A stretch of DNA of 64,000 nucleotides from a virus. A model generated the notes under the pieces. It made no database searches and was not told the origin of the DNA. It saw only the letters and a list, made by a program, of their open reading frames with translations. The position numbers and the translations under genes are program-made. The stretch lies in the IMG/VR virus record IMGVR_UViG_3300009509_000706, positions 3,466 to 67,465 of that record, one strand, 5' to 3'. Below, in pieces: positions 1 to 9,609 of the stretch (the first letter of the stretch is position 1; the number at the start of each line of letters is the position of its first letter).

Positions 1-1374
1 GTTCTTGACGGCCTGCCTGTTTGGCTAATTAACCAAGAAAACAGGGGATTATCAGGAGCTAGAAATACAGGTATAAGGGCAGCGATTGAGCGGCTTGGTT
101 CCCAGTATCTCGTTTGCCTAGATGCTGACGACAGGGCCAAAAGTACATTCGTCGAAAAAACAATGGCAAAGATGGGTAACGATGAATATATCTATACTGA
201 CTTTAAGTTTATCGGCGATGCATGGCATGATTTTCCAGTTGAGGATTTTGGGCCAGAATTATGGGACAAACATTTACATGCCTGTACATTTCTTTTTCAG
301 GCCAATATGTGGCAACAGGTAGTTGATGCGCGCGGATACGGCTATGATGAGTCTATGAAATCTGGCTATGAGGATTGGGAATTTGCACTCGCCTGTGCTG
401 AATTGGGTTGGTGTGGCAAACGTATCAAAGAACCCCTTTTCAATTATCGTTATCACAAAAATGGAAGTATGAGGACACGGGCGACCAAGAAAAATGCCCA
501 ACTAGTAAAATATATTCGCAGTAGGCATTCTAAGGAGGCTGTAAAGATGGGTTGTGCAAGTTGTGGCGGAAAAGGAAAGTATACAGGCGGCGCTGTAAAT
601 AGTAGGGCAACAAATATCAGCGGCGTACAAACTGGTGGGGCAATCATGGTGACTTATACCGGCCCAAAAACGGGAATGATCCGCAAGCTGGGTGCGCGAA
701 GCAAATTGTATAGTTACTCTGCAAACAAGCGCACCTTCTATGCCGAGGCTTGTGATCGCCATCTATTCGAGCATGGGCCTTATCAGATAAGGCCAGTTTC
801 AACGCCAATACAAGAGCAAATGATACCAGAACCAAAATCTACAGTTCCACCTCAAATGGTGCGCATGGATGGTGCGCCTGGCGTATCGCCTATAACACAA
901 GCCCCAACTATGCCAGCACAGCCCCCACAATTACCAAAAGAACCAATTGAGCCACAAAAGATTGAAAAATTGAAACAATCCGTTTCCCGCGTTTATACAG
1001 GTGATAACCTAGCCCGTATCAAGGGCTTGACAAGACCACAAGCTGAAAGGCTCGTTATTGCTGGCGTGACAACATACAAGGCTATCGTCGATCTTACACC
1101 AGTTGAATTATCATCTATCACGGGTTGCAGTTATAGTGATGCGCAGAGTATTATTGGGGCGGCGATTGACGCTTTACGGGCAAAAGAAAAGAAAGACGAC
1201 TTTACACAACTCAAAGGCATAGGCCCCAGTAAGGCGGAAAAATTATTGGCCGCAGGCTTTGAAAGATTTGCTGATATTGCAGCGGCCAAAGTAGAAAAGA
1301 TTGCTGAAGCTCTCGGCACTACAGAGAGCAAGGCTAAAAGGATAAAGAATGAAGCCAGAGAATTGGCTGGTTAG
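1..1374 (+). CDS. GT2 glycosyltransferase (5'-truncated by the window) fused to a CxxC segment, a Pro-rich linker and two HhH domains
   Basis: Frame 1 is open from base 1: NRGLSGARNTG, CLDADD, GYEDWEF motifs; C-terminal NLARIKGL and DDFTQLKGIGPSKAEKL helix-hairpin-helix repeats. Confidence 0.85.
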   Translation, partial: VLDGLPVWLINQENRGLSGARNTGIRAAIERLGSQYLVCLDADDRAKSTFVEKTMAKMGNDEYIYTDFKFIGDAWHDFPVEDFGPELWDKHLHACTFLFQANMWQQVVDARGYGYDESMKSGYEDWEFALACAELGWCGKRIKEPLFNYRYHKNGSMRTRATKKNAQLVKYIRSRHSKEAVKMGCASCGGKGKYTGGAVNSRATNISGVQTGGAIMVTYTGPKTGMIRKLGARSKLYSYSANKRTFYAEACDRHLFEHGPYQIRPVSTPIQEQMIPEPKSTVPPQMVRMDGAPGVSPITQAPTMPAQPPQLPKEPIEPQKIEKLKQSVSRVYTGDNLARIKGLTRPQAERLVIAGVTTYKAIVDLTPVELSSITGCSYSDAQSIIGAAIDALRAKEKKDDFTQLKGIGPSKAEKLLAAGFERFADIAAAKVEKIAEALGTTESKAKRIKNEARELAG

Positions 1375-1717
1375 ATTAGTTGTTTATGGCTTGGCAGTCT
1401 ATCGGACTACGCATCTTTTCGTGTATGAGGATGGCCCATTTGATATTTTCGATTGGTTGAGAGCAAGGGCTGGTATTGGATTAACATATCACATGGAATC
1501 ACGTTATGAGGTAGAACGTAAGGAGCATGTAGCTGACACATTTTGGGGAAGACTCTTACTCTGCCCATTATGCCTCTCAGTATGGATCGGTGGTATAGCA
1601 GCGGCTTGTTTGTTCATTAAAAATATTATACTTGATGGTATTGCGACATGGCTTGCACTCTCTGGTATTTCTACCATATTATTCAATCGGGAGGCAAAGA
1701 ATGAAAATATTAGCTAA
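1349..1717 (+). CDS. DUF1360-like membrane protein
   Basis: YRxTxL..EDGPF and LLLCPLCLSVW motifs, hydrophobic helices. Confidence 0.7.
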   Translation: MKPENWLVRLVVYGLAVYRTTHLFVYEDGPFDIFDWLRARAGIGLTYHMESRYEVERKEHVADTFWGRLLLCPLCLSVWIGGIAAACLFIKNIILDGIATWLALSGISTILFNREAKNENIS

Positions 1718-1964
1718 AGGCCATAGCGAGTGGATAGATAGGGAATTCTGTAAAAAGATAGGGCTTGAGACAGATGAAGATATGGCATGGTATCACATAT
1801 CTGAAGCGGCAAAATATGCTTTTAGAGAAATAATAGAAAGACTCAAAGAATGCGATCTAATATCTGCATTTAGTACTGGCTTTTCTCTTGGCATTTCTGC
1901 GGAGACAATAGCAGAAAATATGGATACTAAAATAGTTGTAACTATAGAAACAGACATTGAATGA
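1701..1964 (+). CDS. Hypothetical protein
   Basis: GGAGG RBS before ATG 1701, overlaps both neighbours. Confidence 0.6.
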   Translation: MKILAKGHSEWIDREFCKKIGLETDEDMAWYHISEAAKYAFREIIERLKECDLISAFSTGFSLGISAETIAENMDTKIVVTIETDIE

Positions 1965-2818
1965 AAGCTCTAGTTACTGGTGGCTGTGGCTTCATAGGTT
2001 CATATCTTGTCAAGCGATTGCTCAAAGAGGGCCATAGCATCTCAATAATTGACACCTTCTTTTCTGGACATCCTTCTAATCTCGGCGATTGTCTATCAAA
2101 ATGTGGTGTGATGCAAGCCAGTATCACAAATTGGGATGCGGTGCGCCGGGCGATGCAAGGTTGCCATGTCGTCTATCATCTAGCAGCTAGAATGGACTGG
2201 ACAGATAACTTACGCCATCCAGACGTTTTGAATAAGACCAATGCCTGGGGGACTTCTGTCGTATTAACTCAAGCACGGGCAATGGGTATTCAACAGGTTA
2301 TTTTTGCGTCATCGGCGGCGGTATATGGCAACTTTGTGCCAGGGGTAGAGGGCGGCCCTTGTTTGCCGATTTCAATGTATGGTGCATCAAAATTGGCAGC
2401 AGAAAATATTTGTCAGGGTTTCAATGCGCTGGGCTTGGAAGTCGTGATTTTGCGCCTGTTTAATGTCTATGGTCTAGGCGGTCATGGTGTTATCAATTCG
2501 TTCCTGAACGGTGGAAATATCATCTATGGTGATGGCTTGCAAACACGAGATTTTGTACACATTTACGATGTAGTAGATGCCATGATAGCAGCACAACGTT
2601 GGGAGCCGGGAATTTACAATATTGGGACTGGCAACGAAACGACTATCGTGGGCCTATGGCGTATGTTGCACGGGGAAGATGAACCTGAGATAAAGCCAGA
2701 ACGGCCTGGTGACATTTTTCGCAGCTTTGCAGATACAGAAAAGATTGGCAGAATTTGGAAAGCACGCCACGAATTAGTAGATAAAAAGACATTACGCCGG
2801 ATAAAGGAGATTAAATGA
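1961..2818 (+). CDS. NAD-dependent NDP-sugar epimerase/dehydratase (extended SDR)
   Basis: TGGCGFIG, SSAAVYG, YGASK, GDGLQTRDFVH. Confidence 0.93.
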   Translation: MKALVTGGCGFIGSYLVKRLLKEGHSISIIDTFFSGHPSNLGDCLSKCGVMQASITNWDAVRRAMQGCHVVYHLAARMDWTDNLRHPDVLNKTNAWGTSVVLTQARAMGIQQVIFASSAAVYGNFVPGVEGGPCLPISMYGASKLAAENICQGFNALGLEVVILRLFNVYGLGGHGVINSFLNGGNIIYGDGLQTRDFVHIYDVVDAMIAAQRWEPGIYNIGTGNETTIVGLWRMLHGEDEPEIKPERPGDIFRSFADTEKIGRIWKARHELVDKKTLRRIKEIK

Positions 2819-3597
2819 AAATCGTGGTATTTGGTGCTGGCTATTGGGGCAAGAATTATATCCGGGAGCTTGGGCGACACTGTGTGCTCGTGGTTGACCC
2901 GAATAACGCGGCGCGCGAGGAAGCAATAGCAAGATTCAAGATAAAAGCAATGCCAGGATTGCCTCATGATCTTGATTTTGACGGAGCAATTATTGCTACC
3001 CCACCTGATGAGCATTATATTACAGCGTTACCTCTATTGCAAAATGGTAAATATGTTCTAGTAGAAAAGCCGCTTTCCCTCTCCCACGCAGACGCACTTA
3101 TGTTGGCAGCTTATGATAAATGTATGGGCAGCTTAGTCTATTTATATCATCCAGAAGTAGAGAGATTGAAAGAATCCGTTGCTGAAATAGAGCTTTCCCA
3201 CATTTTCAGCCGGCGCACGAATGATGGCCCTATCAGGCCAGACGTTGATGCGTTGTGGGATTTAGCTCCTCATGATATAAGCATGTTCAACTATATCTTT
3301 GGAAAAGCGCCAAATATCCCACTCAAGGCTCTTAGAAATCGCAATTATGCTACTTTCTCGCTGGATTATGGGGGAATACCCGCTATCTCTTACGTTTCTT
3401 GGCATGGTGGGCCTAAAATGCGCCAGGTGGAGCTTGTCCCGCGCAGTGGACAACGGATAATATTTGACGACCTGGCAGTTGTGCTTGAGGAGCCACCATT
3501 AACACGCATGGTCAAAGCATTTTTATCTGGGAAGTGGGATCGATGCTATGGTTGGCAAGCCGCTGAGGTGATCAAGGTTTTGGAGGCGTTAAGTTGA
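2815..3597 (+). CDS. Gfo/Idh/MocA oxidoreductase (WbpB/WlbA-like sugar 3-dehydrogenase)
   Basis: GAGYWG, IATPP..H, VLVEKP, WDLAPHD. Confidence 0.88.
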   Translation: MKIVVFGAGYWGKNYIRELGRHCVLVVDPNNAAREEAIARFKIKAMPGLPHDLDFDGAIIATPPDEHYITALPLLQNGKYVLVEKPLSLSHADALMLAAYDKCMGSLVYLYHPEVERLKESVAEIELSHIFSRRTNDGPIRPDVDALWDLAPHDISMFNYIFGKAPNIPLKALRNRNYATFSLDYGGIPAISYVSWHGGPKMRQVELVPRSGQRIIFDDLAVVLEEPPLTRMVKAFLSGKWDRCYGWQAAEVIKVLEALS

Positions 3598-4355
3598 AAG
3601 CAAAGCAACGAGGCCAGGGCCTAGTTGAATTTGCTCTTATATTGCCAGTGTTACTTGTTATGCTGGTGACGATATTTGAGGGCGCAAAATTGCTTGGCTC
3701 ACAGATGCGGGTTGACAATGAAGCGCGGGAGATAGCACGCCTTGCAGCTAGGGGCACTGTGCCAGAAGATATGATTACTTATTCTGGCGACATGTTGTTG
3801 GAAGGCTCTATGTTGCGCCTTTCATACGTGACAGTTAATTTAGAATCAACGGGCGAATTTTCAAGCAAGCTTGATGAGTATTTCCCCTTTGGTTTACTCA
3901 AAGCGCCAAGAATAGATAGCGTGCTATTCATTGCTGATCAAAAAGCAATGCTTAATACATTCGTCTCTATTGATTGGTCATCTGCTTTTACAGATACAGC
4001 CAATATTGAAAATTATGATATTGAGGTTAGTAGGGGCAATCAACATAATACATGGTTGACCGCCACGAAAGAAACAGCGGCATTATTTTTGGTAGAGTAT
4101 AATGACTTGAAATCTGAGATGCTTTCTGTGTTTGTCCAGGCAAATTATTTGGGTCATCCATCCTCGCGGGTATATCTTGGGCGTTATGAGGTCAATTTCA
4201 ACATGGAATTGATAAACCAGCCTTATAGAGTTATTGTGGTCGAGATAGAACAACCCTATACTTCTTTTACTGGGCTGCTTGACTTTATCATGCCCAAGAT
4301 GCTCTATAGTAAAGCTGAAATGAGAGTGCTGCCAATAAGGGGCCTGACAGAATGA
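3594..4355 (+). CDS. TadE-family pseudopilin-like protein
   Basis: N-terminus KQRG|QGLVEFALILPVLL with G-1, E+5 and a hydrophobic helix, then AREIARLAA. Confidence 0.8.
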   Translation: MKAKQRGQGLVEFALILPVLLVMLVTIFEGAKLLGSQMRVDNEAREIARLAARGTVPEDMITYSGDMLLEGSMLRLSYVTVNLESTGEFSSKLDEYFPFGLLKAPRIDSVLFIADQKAMLNTFVSIDWSSAFTDTANIENYDIEVSRGNQHNTWLTATKETAALFLVEYNDLKSEMLSVFVQANYLGHPSSRVYLGRYEVNFNMELINQPYRVIVVEIEQPYTSFTGLLDFIMPKMLYSKAEMRVLPIRGLTE

Positions 4356-5449
4356 GACAAGTTAAATTCCTTGATGTCACAGAACCAAAGGCTATGATAC
4401 AAGACGCGCTTGCGGCAATGTCTAAGGTTATCGAATCTGGGCAGTTCATTTCTGGAAAATATGTTGCCACTTTTGAGGAAAAATGGGCAGAAATATGTGG
4501 AGCACAATATTGTGTGGCCTGTGGGAGTGGCGGCGCAGCCTTAATATTGGCCCTCAAAGCACTTGATTTGCCCATCGGTTCGCGGGTCATAGTCCCCGCC
4601 TTATCTTTTGCTGCTACGGCTATGGCTGTACTAGAGGCGGGTTACATCCCGCGTTATTGTGACGTTGATTCAAATGGCCTGATCGATGTTCATAAAATGA
4701 CAGAGTTGGCCTTGCATGAAAGAGCCGTTGCAGTTATTCCCGTCCATCTCTATGGACAGTTAGTAAATATGAAACCTATTGTAGAGGTTGCTAAACAATT
4801 TGGGATGCAAGTTATTGAGGATGCTGCCCAGGCTCATTGTGCAATGAAAAGAGTACATGGTACAATGGCCTGCTTTTCATTTTATCCCGCGAAGAATCTT
4901 GGTGCTTTCGGTGAAGCTGGTGCAATCGTGACCGATCACAGTGATTTGGCATATAAAGCACGCCAAATTGCCAATTATGGCGTAGCCCCTGGCAGTAAGT
5001 ATGAGCACAAGATATTAGGTAGTAATTTAAGAATGGATGAAATTCAAGCCGCTATTTTATACGCCAAGATGGGCCATCTGGATTATTGCCTTGCCAAGAG
5101 GAAAGAAGTTGCTTTGCGCTATGCGGCAAACGGTGTCCATTCTATTGCCCGTGCCAAAACAAATGTATGGCATTTGTACCCTGTTAAGTGTGAACAGCCC
5201 GCCAAAGTCCGTGATGAATTAGGCAGCTGGGGCATAGCCACAGGCTTGCACTATCCGATTATTTTGCCGGAGCTTGAGGCTTTACGCGGCAACTTTGGCT
5301 CAAATAGGCATAACTATAAAGGCTCGTGGCCTATCGCAAAGGCAATAGCAGAGCATCATATTACTTTGCCGATGGGGCCACATTTGAGCAATGATGATAT
5401 TGATTATATATCGGAGGGGTTTTTAAATGCCTGTTCCAAGAATATTTAA
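4352..5449 (+). CDS. DegT/DnrJ/EryC1/StrS PLP aminotransferase (WbpE/WlbC-like)
   Basis: PVHLYGQ, IEDAAQAH, FSFYPAKNLGAFGEAG, GSNLRMDEIQAA. Confidence 0.95.
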   Translation: MRQVKFLDVTEPKAMIQDALAAMSKVIESGQFISGKYVATFEEKWAEICGAQYCVACGSGGAALILALKALDLPIGSRVIVPALSFAATAMAVLEAGYIPRYCDVDSNGLIDVHKMTELALHERAVAVIPVHLYGQLVNMKPIVEVAKQFGMQVIEDAAQAHCAMKRVHGTMACFSFYPAKNLGAFGEAGAIVTDHSDLAYKARQIANYGVAPGSKYEHKILGSNLRMDEIQAAILYAKMGHLDYCLAKRKEVALRYAANGVHSIARAKTNVWHLYPVKCEQPAKVRDELGSWGIATGLHYPIILPELEALRGNFGSNRHNYKGSWPIAKAIAEHHITLPMGPHLSNDDIDYISEGFLNACSKNI

Positions 5450-5717
5450 CGAAACGATTGTAGCTGCTAATGAAGCTCACACTTTTTCATTTCCTGGTAG
5501 AGTTTATGGTTATCAATTCCAAGCTAGACAAAATAATGTTGATATTCTATTTGCTTGGCAGCAAGGACAAATAGAGGCTGGGATTTATATGACTTTGAAA
5601 GCCGGAGATATTTATGCACATGAAAGAGGCGAAGGGGCTTCGATTATTGAGCCTCATACTATTTTATACTTTTCCTGTGCAACCGCCGGAACCGTTGTAG
5701 AGTTTGAGGTTTGGTAA
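5427..5717 (+). CDS. Small beta-rich hypothetical protein, possible virion decoration
   Basis: Coupled ORF with GGAGG RBS and beta-strand-like pattern. Confidence 0.55.
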   Translation: MPVPRIFNETIVAANEAHTFSFPGRVYGYQFQARQNNVDILFAWQQGQIEAGIYMTLKAGDIYAHERGEGASIIEPHTILYFSCATAGTVVEFEVW

Positions 5718-6118
5718 TGGGCATAAGACCAGGTTGCGCTTTATCCATATCAACAATAGCTCGCCTAGAATTGCAAGAAACTGGTGGCACACTGGTAGCT
5801 GATGGGACAGAGCAAAATATTTATATAGCAAATGCCCCTACGGCAGTAATTGATCCAATAATATTGTATATGAATTTGGATAATATGCAGGTAGGAGATG
5901 CAATTGCTATCAAAGTTTACTATCGCATTGCCAGCGGTGGGGCATGGTTATTGCACGACTTTCAGGGATTTGCTAATGCAAATGGAGAATTGACGAATGG
6001 CAAGGTCTTGATCTCTATTGATTTATCACATACTCGTTACGGCATCAGGGTGACTTTGCAACAAACGGCTGGCACTAATCGAAGTTATCTTTGGCAGGTA
6101 ATATATGGGGGTAGTTAA
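5711..6118 (+). CDS. Beta-rich hypothetical protein, possible virion protein
   Basis: Coupled ORF with jelly-roll-like pattern (IRVTLQQTAGT). Confidence 0.55.
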   Translation: MVMGIRPGCALSISTIARLELQETGGTLVADGTEQNIYIANAPTAVIDPIILYMNLDNMQVGDAIAIKVYYRIASGGAWLLHDFQGFANANGELTNGKVLISIDLSHTRYGIRVTLQQTAGTNRSYLWQVIYGGS

Positions 6119-6714
6119 TGAGTCTTGGTATTGATCTTATAGGTAGAATCAAAAGAATCCTAGATTCTACTGACCAATTGGTAAACGTTTCTGCGCCAGG
6201 GTTGGATGCTGCTATCGGCAGTGTTGCTTATATTGTTACAGAAACAGAAAACCATTTCCATACCCGCGAACGTTGGTTGGGTATTCGCAGTCCTCAAACA
6301 GCGACGCAATGGGCTGCTAAGGGCGTGACGAATCCTTATGTTGCTACTAGCGGGAATAATACGTGGGGAGCAGCTATTCAGCTAATCGGAACTGGTGATA
6401 CACCAGTTATTCCAGGGACTACGATGTTTGATCCGCATCGTGTTCTAATAGTTGGTGTAAGTCAAGATACGCAATACCTTTTGCGAGTTAGTTATGGTTC
6501 TGGTGCTCAAGCAGATGCAATAACGGCTAATCAATACTCTGAGATAATGGTTAAATTTGATTCGCTTGCCCCACAGCAATCAGCCGGTATTCCATTCGAT
6601 ATAAAATTTCCAAGACAAAATTCTGGTTTCGACAAGTTATGGGCAGAATGCTGGAATGCAACGAATGGGGCAACAGTCAGCTTTTTTATTGGTATTCATG
6701 AATATACAGGATAA
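6118..6714 (+). CDS. Hypothetical protein, possible virion fibre or decoration
   Basis: Gly/Thr/Ala-rich 198 aa coupled ORF ending in FFIGIHEY. Confidence 0.55.
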   Translation: MSLGIDLIGRIKRILDSTDQLVNVSAPGLDAAIGSVAYIVTETENHFHTRERWLGIRSPQTATQWAAKGVTNPYVATSGNNTWGAAIQLIGTGDTPVIPGTTMFDPHRVLIVGVSQDTQYLLRVSYGSGAQADAITANQYSEIMVKFDSLAPQQSAGIPFDIKFPRQNSGFDKLWAECWNATNGATVSFFIGIHEYTG

Positions 6715-6719
6715 TTAAA

Positions 6720-7184
6720 ATGACAATTCGCGGCAACTTTGTAGCTGAAGAAGGAGCAATATATTCACCAGATATTGATACAGGATATAATGTCGTTCTT
6801 AGGAAATCGTGCTGTATTGGGCCAGGGGTACAAATATGGTCGAATACAGTCATAGATAGTGAGGCGCTTATCAGTGGCGACACGAAAATACATTGTAATT
6901 GCTACGTTGCTCAAAGGTGCAAGGTCGGAAGGGGCGTTTTCATTGGCCCTGGTACGCAACTCTTGAATGACAAATACCCTGTTAGAACTGATCCTGCGGC
7001 ATGGGAACCTGTTATCGTGATGGATGATGTCGTAATTGGCGGCGGCGTGACGGTATTGCCTGGAGTCACTATCGGCGAAGGGGCTTTGATCGGCGGCGGA
7101 TCAGTCGTGACGAAAGATGTACCGCCCGGACAAGTATGGGCAGGCAATCCAGCCAAACAAATAGGGACAAGGAAACAAGGATGA
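6720..7184 (+). CDS. Hexapeptide-repeat sugar N-acetyltransferase (WbpD/WlbB-like)
   Basis: VFIGPG..LLNDKYP, IGGGVTVLPGVTIGEGALIGGGSVVTKDVP, GNPAK. Confidence 0.92.
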   Translation: MTIRGNFVAEEGAIYSPDIDTGYNVVLRKSCCIGPGVQIWSNTVIDSEALISGDTKIHCNCYVAQRCKVGRGVFIGPGTQLLNDKYPVRTDPAAWEPVIVMDDVVIGGGVTVLPGVTIGEGALIGGGSVVTKDVPPGQVWAGNPAKQIGTRKQG

Positions 7185-7888
7185 TTCTCAAGCTATCCGA
7201 TATTACGCCGTGTATGAAAGTCAAGAATGAAGGTTATTGGATTTACTACGTTTTACGTGATATGATGCGCGTCTTTGGCCGTTTCATCATGTTAGATACT
7301 GGCAGTACAGATGATACGAAGCGCATTGCTACTAAGACGGCTATAGAAATCGGTTGCCATTTTACGCTCATAGAAGCAAACTACGGCGATGACGCTAATG
7401 CTATTGGCAACTCACCAAATCTCTTGCGCGAATGCTGTCCAACTTACTGGATGTTGTTGGTTGATGGTGATGAATTGTGGCGCGCAGATCAATTGCGCAA
7501 ACTGGACGGTCTCGAAGTGCCAGATGATAAAACAGTATTCATGGTGACGGGTCGTAACCTGGCACAAGTTGATAGTAAGATAATGGAGCGTGATGGTTTT
7601 AGTGCCGACCGGCTATTTGCGCCAGATATACGTTGGCATTTACGCACCGATTATCCATTCGAGAGTCATGGGCTTGAGAGGCGGATTGCTGCGGGACAGG
7701 TTGGTTATCTCAACTTATACTTCTGGCATATTCGTCACCTGATAAGGTCAAATAAGGATGGCGAGGCATATTTTAGACAACAAAAGCGAGATTATTTTCC
7801 GTATGAGGGGCCATATAGAGAATTGCCGCCAGACTGGTTCGGCGCTCTTGGGCCTTATGATAATCCCTATATAGGAAAGGCAAAATAA
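7181..7888 (+). CDS. GT2-like glycosyltransferase
   Basis: VKNE, LDTGSTDDT, WMLLVDGDE. Confidence 0.85.
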   Translation: MILKLSDITPCMKVKNEGYWIYYVLRDMMRVFGRFIMLDTGSTDDTKRIATKTAIEIGCHFTLIEANYGDDANAIGNSPNLLRECCPTYWMLLVDGDELWRADQLRKLDGLEVPDDKTVFMVTGRNLAQVDSKIMERDGFSADRLFAPDIRWHLRTDYPFESHGLERRIAAGQVGYLNLYFWHIRHLIRSNKDGEAYFRQQKRDYFPYEGPYRELPPDWFGALGPYDNPYIGKAK

Positions 7889-7892
7889 TAAC

Positions 7893-9002
7893 ATGGAAGC
7901 AGGCATTGCATTCAATCCTGTTGAGTTGAAAAAGCGCGTCGAAGAACTTGCGCCGTGGCATTACTGTCATGCTTTCCCATTCGGTATTATGACCGGTACT
8001 TGTGAGCAAGAGGAACCTATGCATCCCAAACTGGCGCAGTTGTTAGCCAATAGAGCTTTCCAGAAGCCAGAATATCGGCGCGTGTTAGACTTGGGTGCAA
8101 ACTCTGGTATTATTGCTATGTGGTTTTGTGACCACAAATCGAGCCAAATAACGGCCATAGAAAATGGCGAGCGGTTCTATCCGCAGCTTGAGTTGGCAAT
8201 AGCGGCAAAGGGCTATAGCAGCCAGATCATACCGGAGCAAAGAGATATACGGGAAGGTGATTTTGGCAAAGAATGTTTTGACCTGGTGTTGTTCTTGGGA
8301 ACGCTACACCATATTGGGCCAGAATATCATCGGCCTATTATAGAAGCCTGTTTTGAGGCACTCGTGCCTGGCGGTGAAATAGTAGTACAAACAAAGACGG
8401 GCTTGCCAGTTAGGAATCTGTTGCGAGCCATTGGGTTTAAGAACGTCAAGAAATTATACAGCAATGCGGAAGAAAACCGCTCGGCTTGGCAGGGCGAAAA
8501 GCCATTATATGAGCAAGGTGCTGCTATGGCCCTAGCAGAGAAGTTGAAACTGCAAGAGATTCCAGAGGCCAGATTCAGGCTAATGATACTTGAGGCAATA
8601 GGCTATCTTGTGTTGCTCACTCATTGGCTACGCGGGCGCTTCAATTGGGAGCGATATTGTGAATCGGTAACTTTTGAGACGGATGCACAAAAGGAAAATG
8701 ATGACCGGCTCGATCATATCGGTGGAGAACTAGAGAGTTTTCTTTGGGAAATTGCGCCACCGCGTGCATTATTGCCCGTTTTACGCCACTTGAGATTAAA
8801 AGAAGTTGATAAGTTGCACAAAGATGTTGACGAATTGCTCAAATCTGAGGATATGGGGCGTTTTCCAGAGGATGGAAGTGTAAGTCGTGCAAAAGCTAAT
8901 GCGGCGCTCGGTTGGGCTTTTGAGGATGTACCTATGCCGCCTGCTTTTCAAGACCTTGAACGCGGATTGAATATCTATGGAGTGGAAAAGGCTGATGATT
9001 AA
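7893..9002 (+). CDS. Class I SAM methyltransferase (CmoB/DUF1698-like) with an unknown helical C-terminal domain
   Basis: PWHY, RVLDLGANSG, FDLVLFLGTLHH, LVPGG. Confidence 0.85.
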   Translation: MEAGIAFNPVELKKRVEELAPWHYCHAFPFGIMTGTCEQEEPMHPKLAQLLANRAFQKPEYRRVLDLGANSGIIAMWFCDHKSSQITAIENGERFYPQLELAIAAKGYSSQIIPEQRDIREGDFGKECFDLVLFLGTLHHIGPEYHRPIIEACFEALVPGGEIVVQTKTGLPVRNLLRAIGFKNVKKLYSNAEENRSAWQGEKPLYEQGAAMALAEKLKLQEIPEARFRLMILEAIGYLVLLTHWLRGRFNWERYCESVTFETDAQKENDDRLDHIGGELESFLWEIAPPRALLPVLRHLRLKEVDKLHKDVDELLKSEDMGRFPEDGSVSRAKANAALGWAFEDVPMPPAFQDLERGLNIYGVEKADD

Positions 9003-9606
9003 AGCCAATGAGCAATCCTGGGCAATGTGGCAAGATGCTGCGCGGGTAAGCTCTACGATCAAAAATTGGCAAGGTGATGCCAAGAAACACGCCCATGAGC
9101 TTTTTCTTGCTGGTTGGATAGGCGACACTAACTCGATAGCAGACTTGGGTTGTGGCAATGGGCGCATGGCAGACCTGATAAAATGCCCTGTATATCATGG
9201 CTTCGATGCCTCGCCTATTATGCTTGAATATGCCATGACGAATGAGGCAGTTGATGGAAAAGCCACCTTGCAGCGCGAAGTCGTATTTTATAGTTGTAAT
9301 ATTTTCGATCCAGAAGGCTTGCCGTGCAATGATTGGCAATATGATGTTGCCCTATTATATGATGTAGCCGTTCACCAAAATGAGCCGACTGCTGCTGTAT
9401 TGAGAATAATGGAATTGTGGAAAGCAAAACGGTACATCTTTACTTTGCTCTATGGCGATTGTCGTCAAAACCTGTTATTGACGATAGTTGAGCCTTTCAG
9501 CGAATTTTTGAGGATAACCGATACTGTGCATATTTCAAGATTGCATATAGAGCGACATGCCGGCTGTGAATTTGCCACGTTTTTCGTGGAAGCTATTAAG
9601 GATTGA
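8995..9606 (+). CDS. Class I SAM methyltransferase
   Basis: IADLGCGNG, YHGFDASPIML. Confidence 0.85.
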   Translation: MIKANEQSWAMWQDAARVSSTIKNWQGDAKKHAHELFLAGWIGDTNSIADLGCGNGRMADLIKCPVYHGFDASPIMLEYAMTNEAVDGKATLQREVVFYSCNIFDPEGLPCNDWQYDVALLYDVAVHQNEPTAAVLRIMELWKAKRYIFTLLYGDCRQNLLLTIVEPFSEFLRITDTVHISRLHIERHAGCEFATFFVEAIKD

Positions 9607-9609
9607 ACT

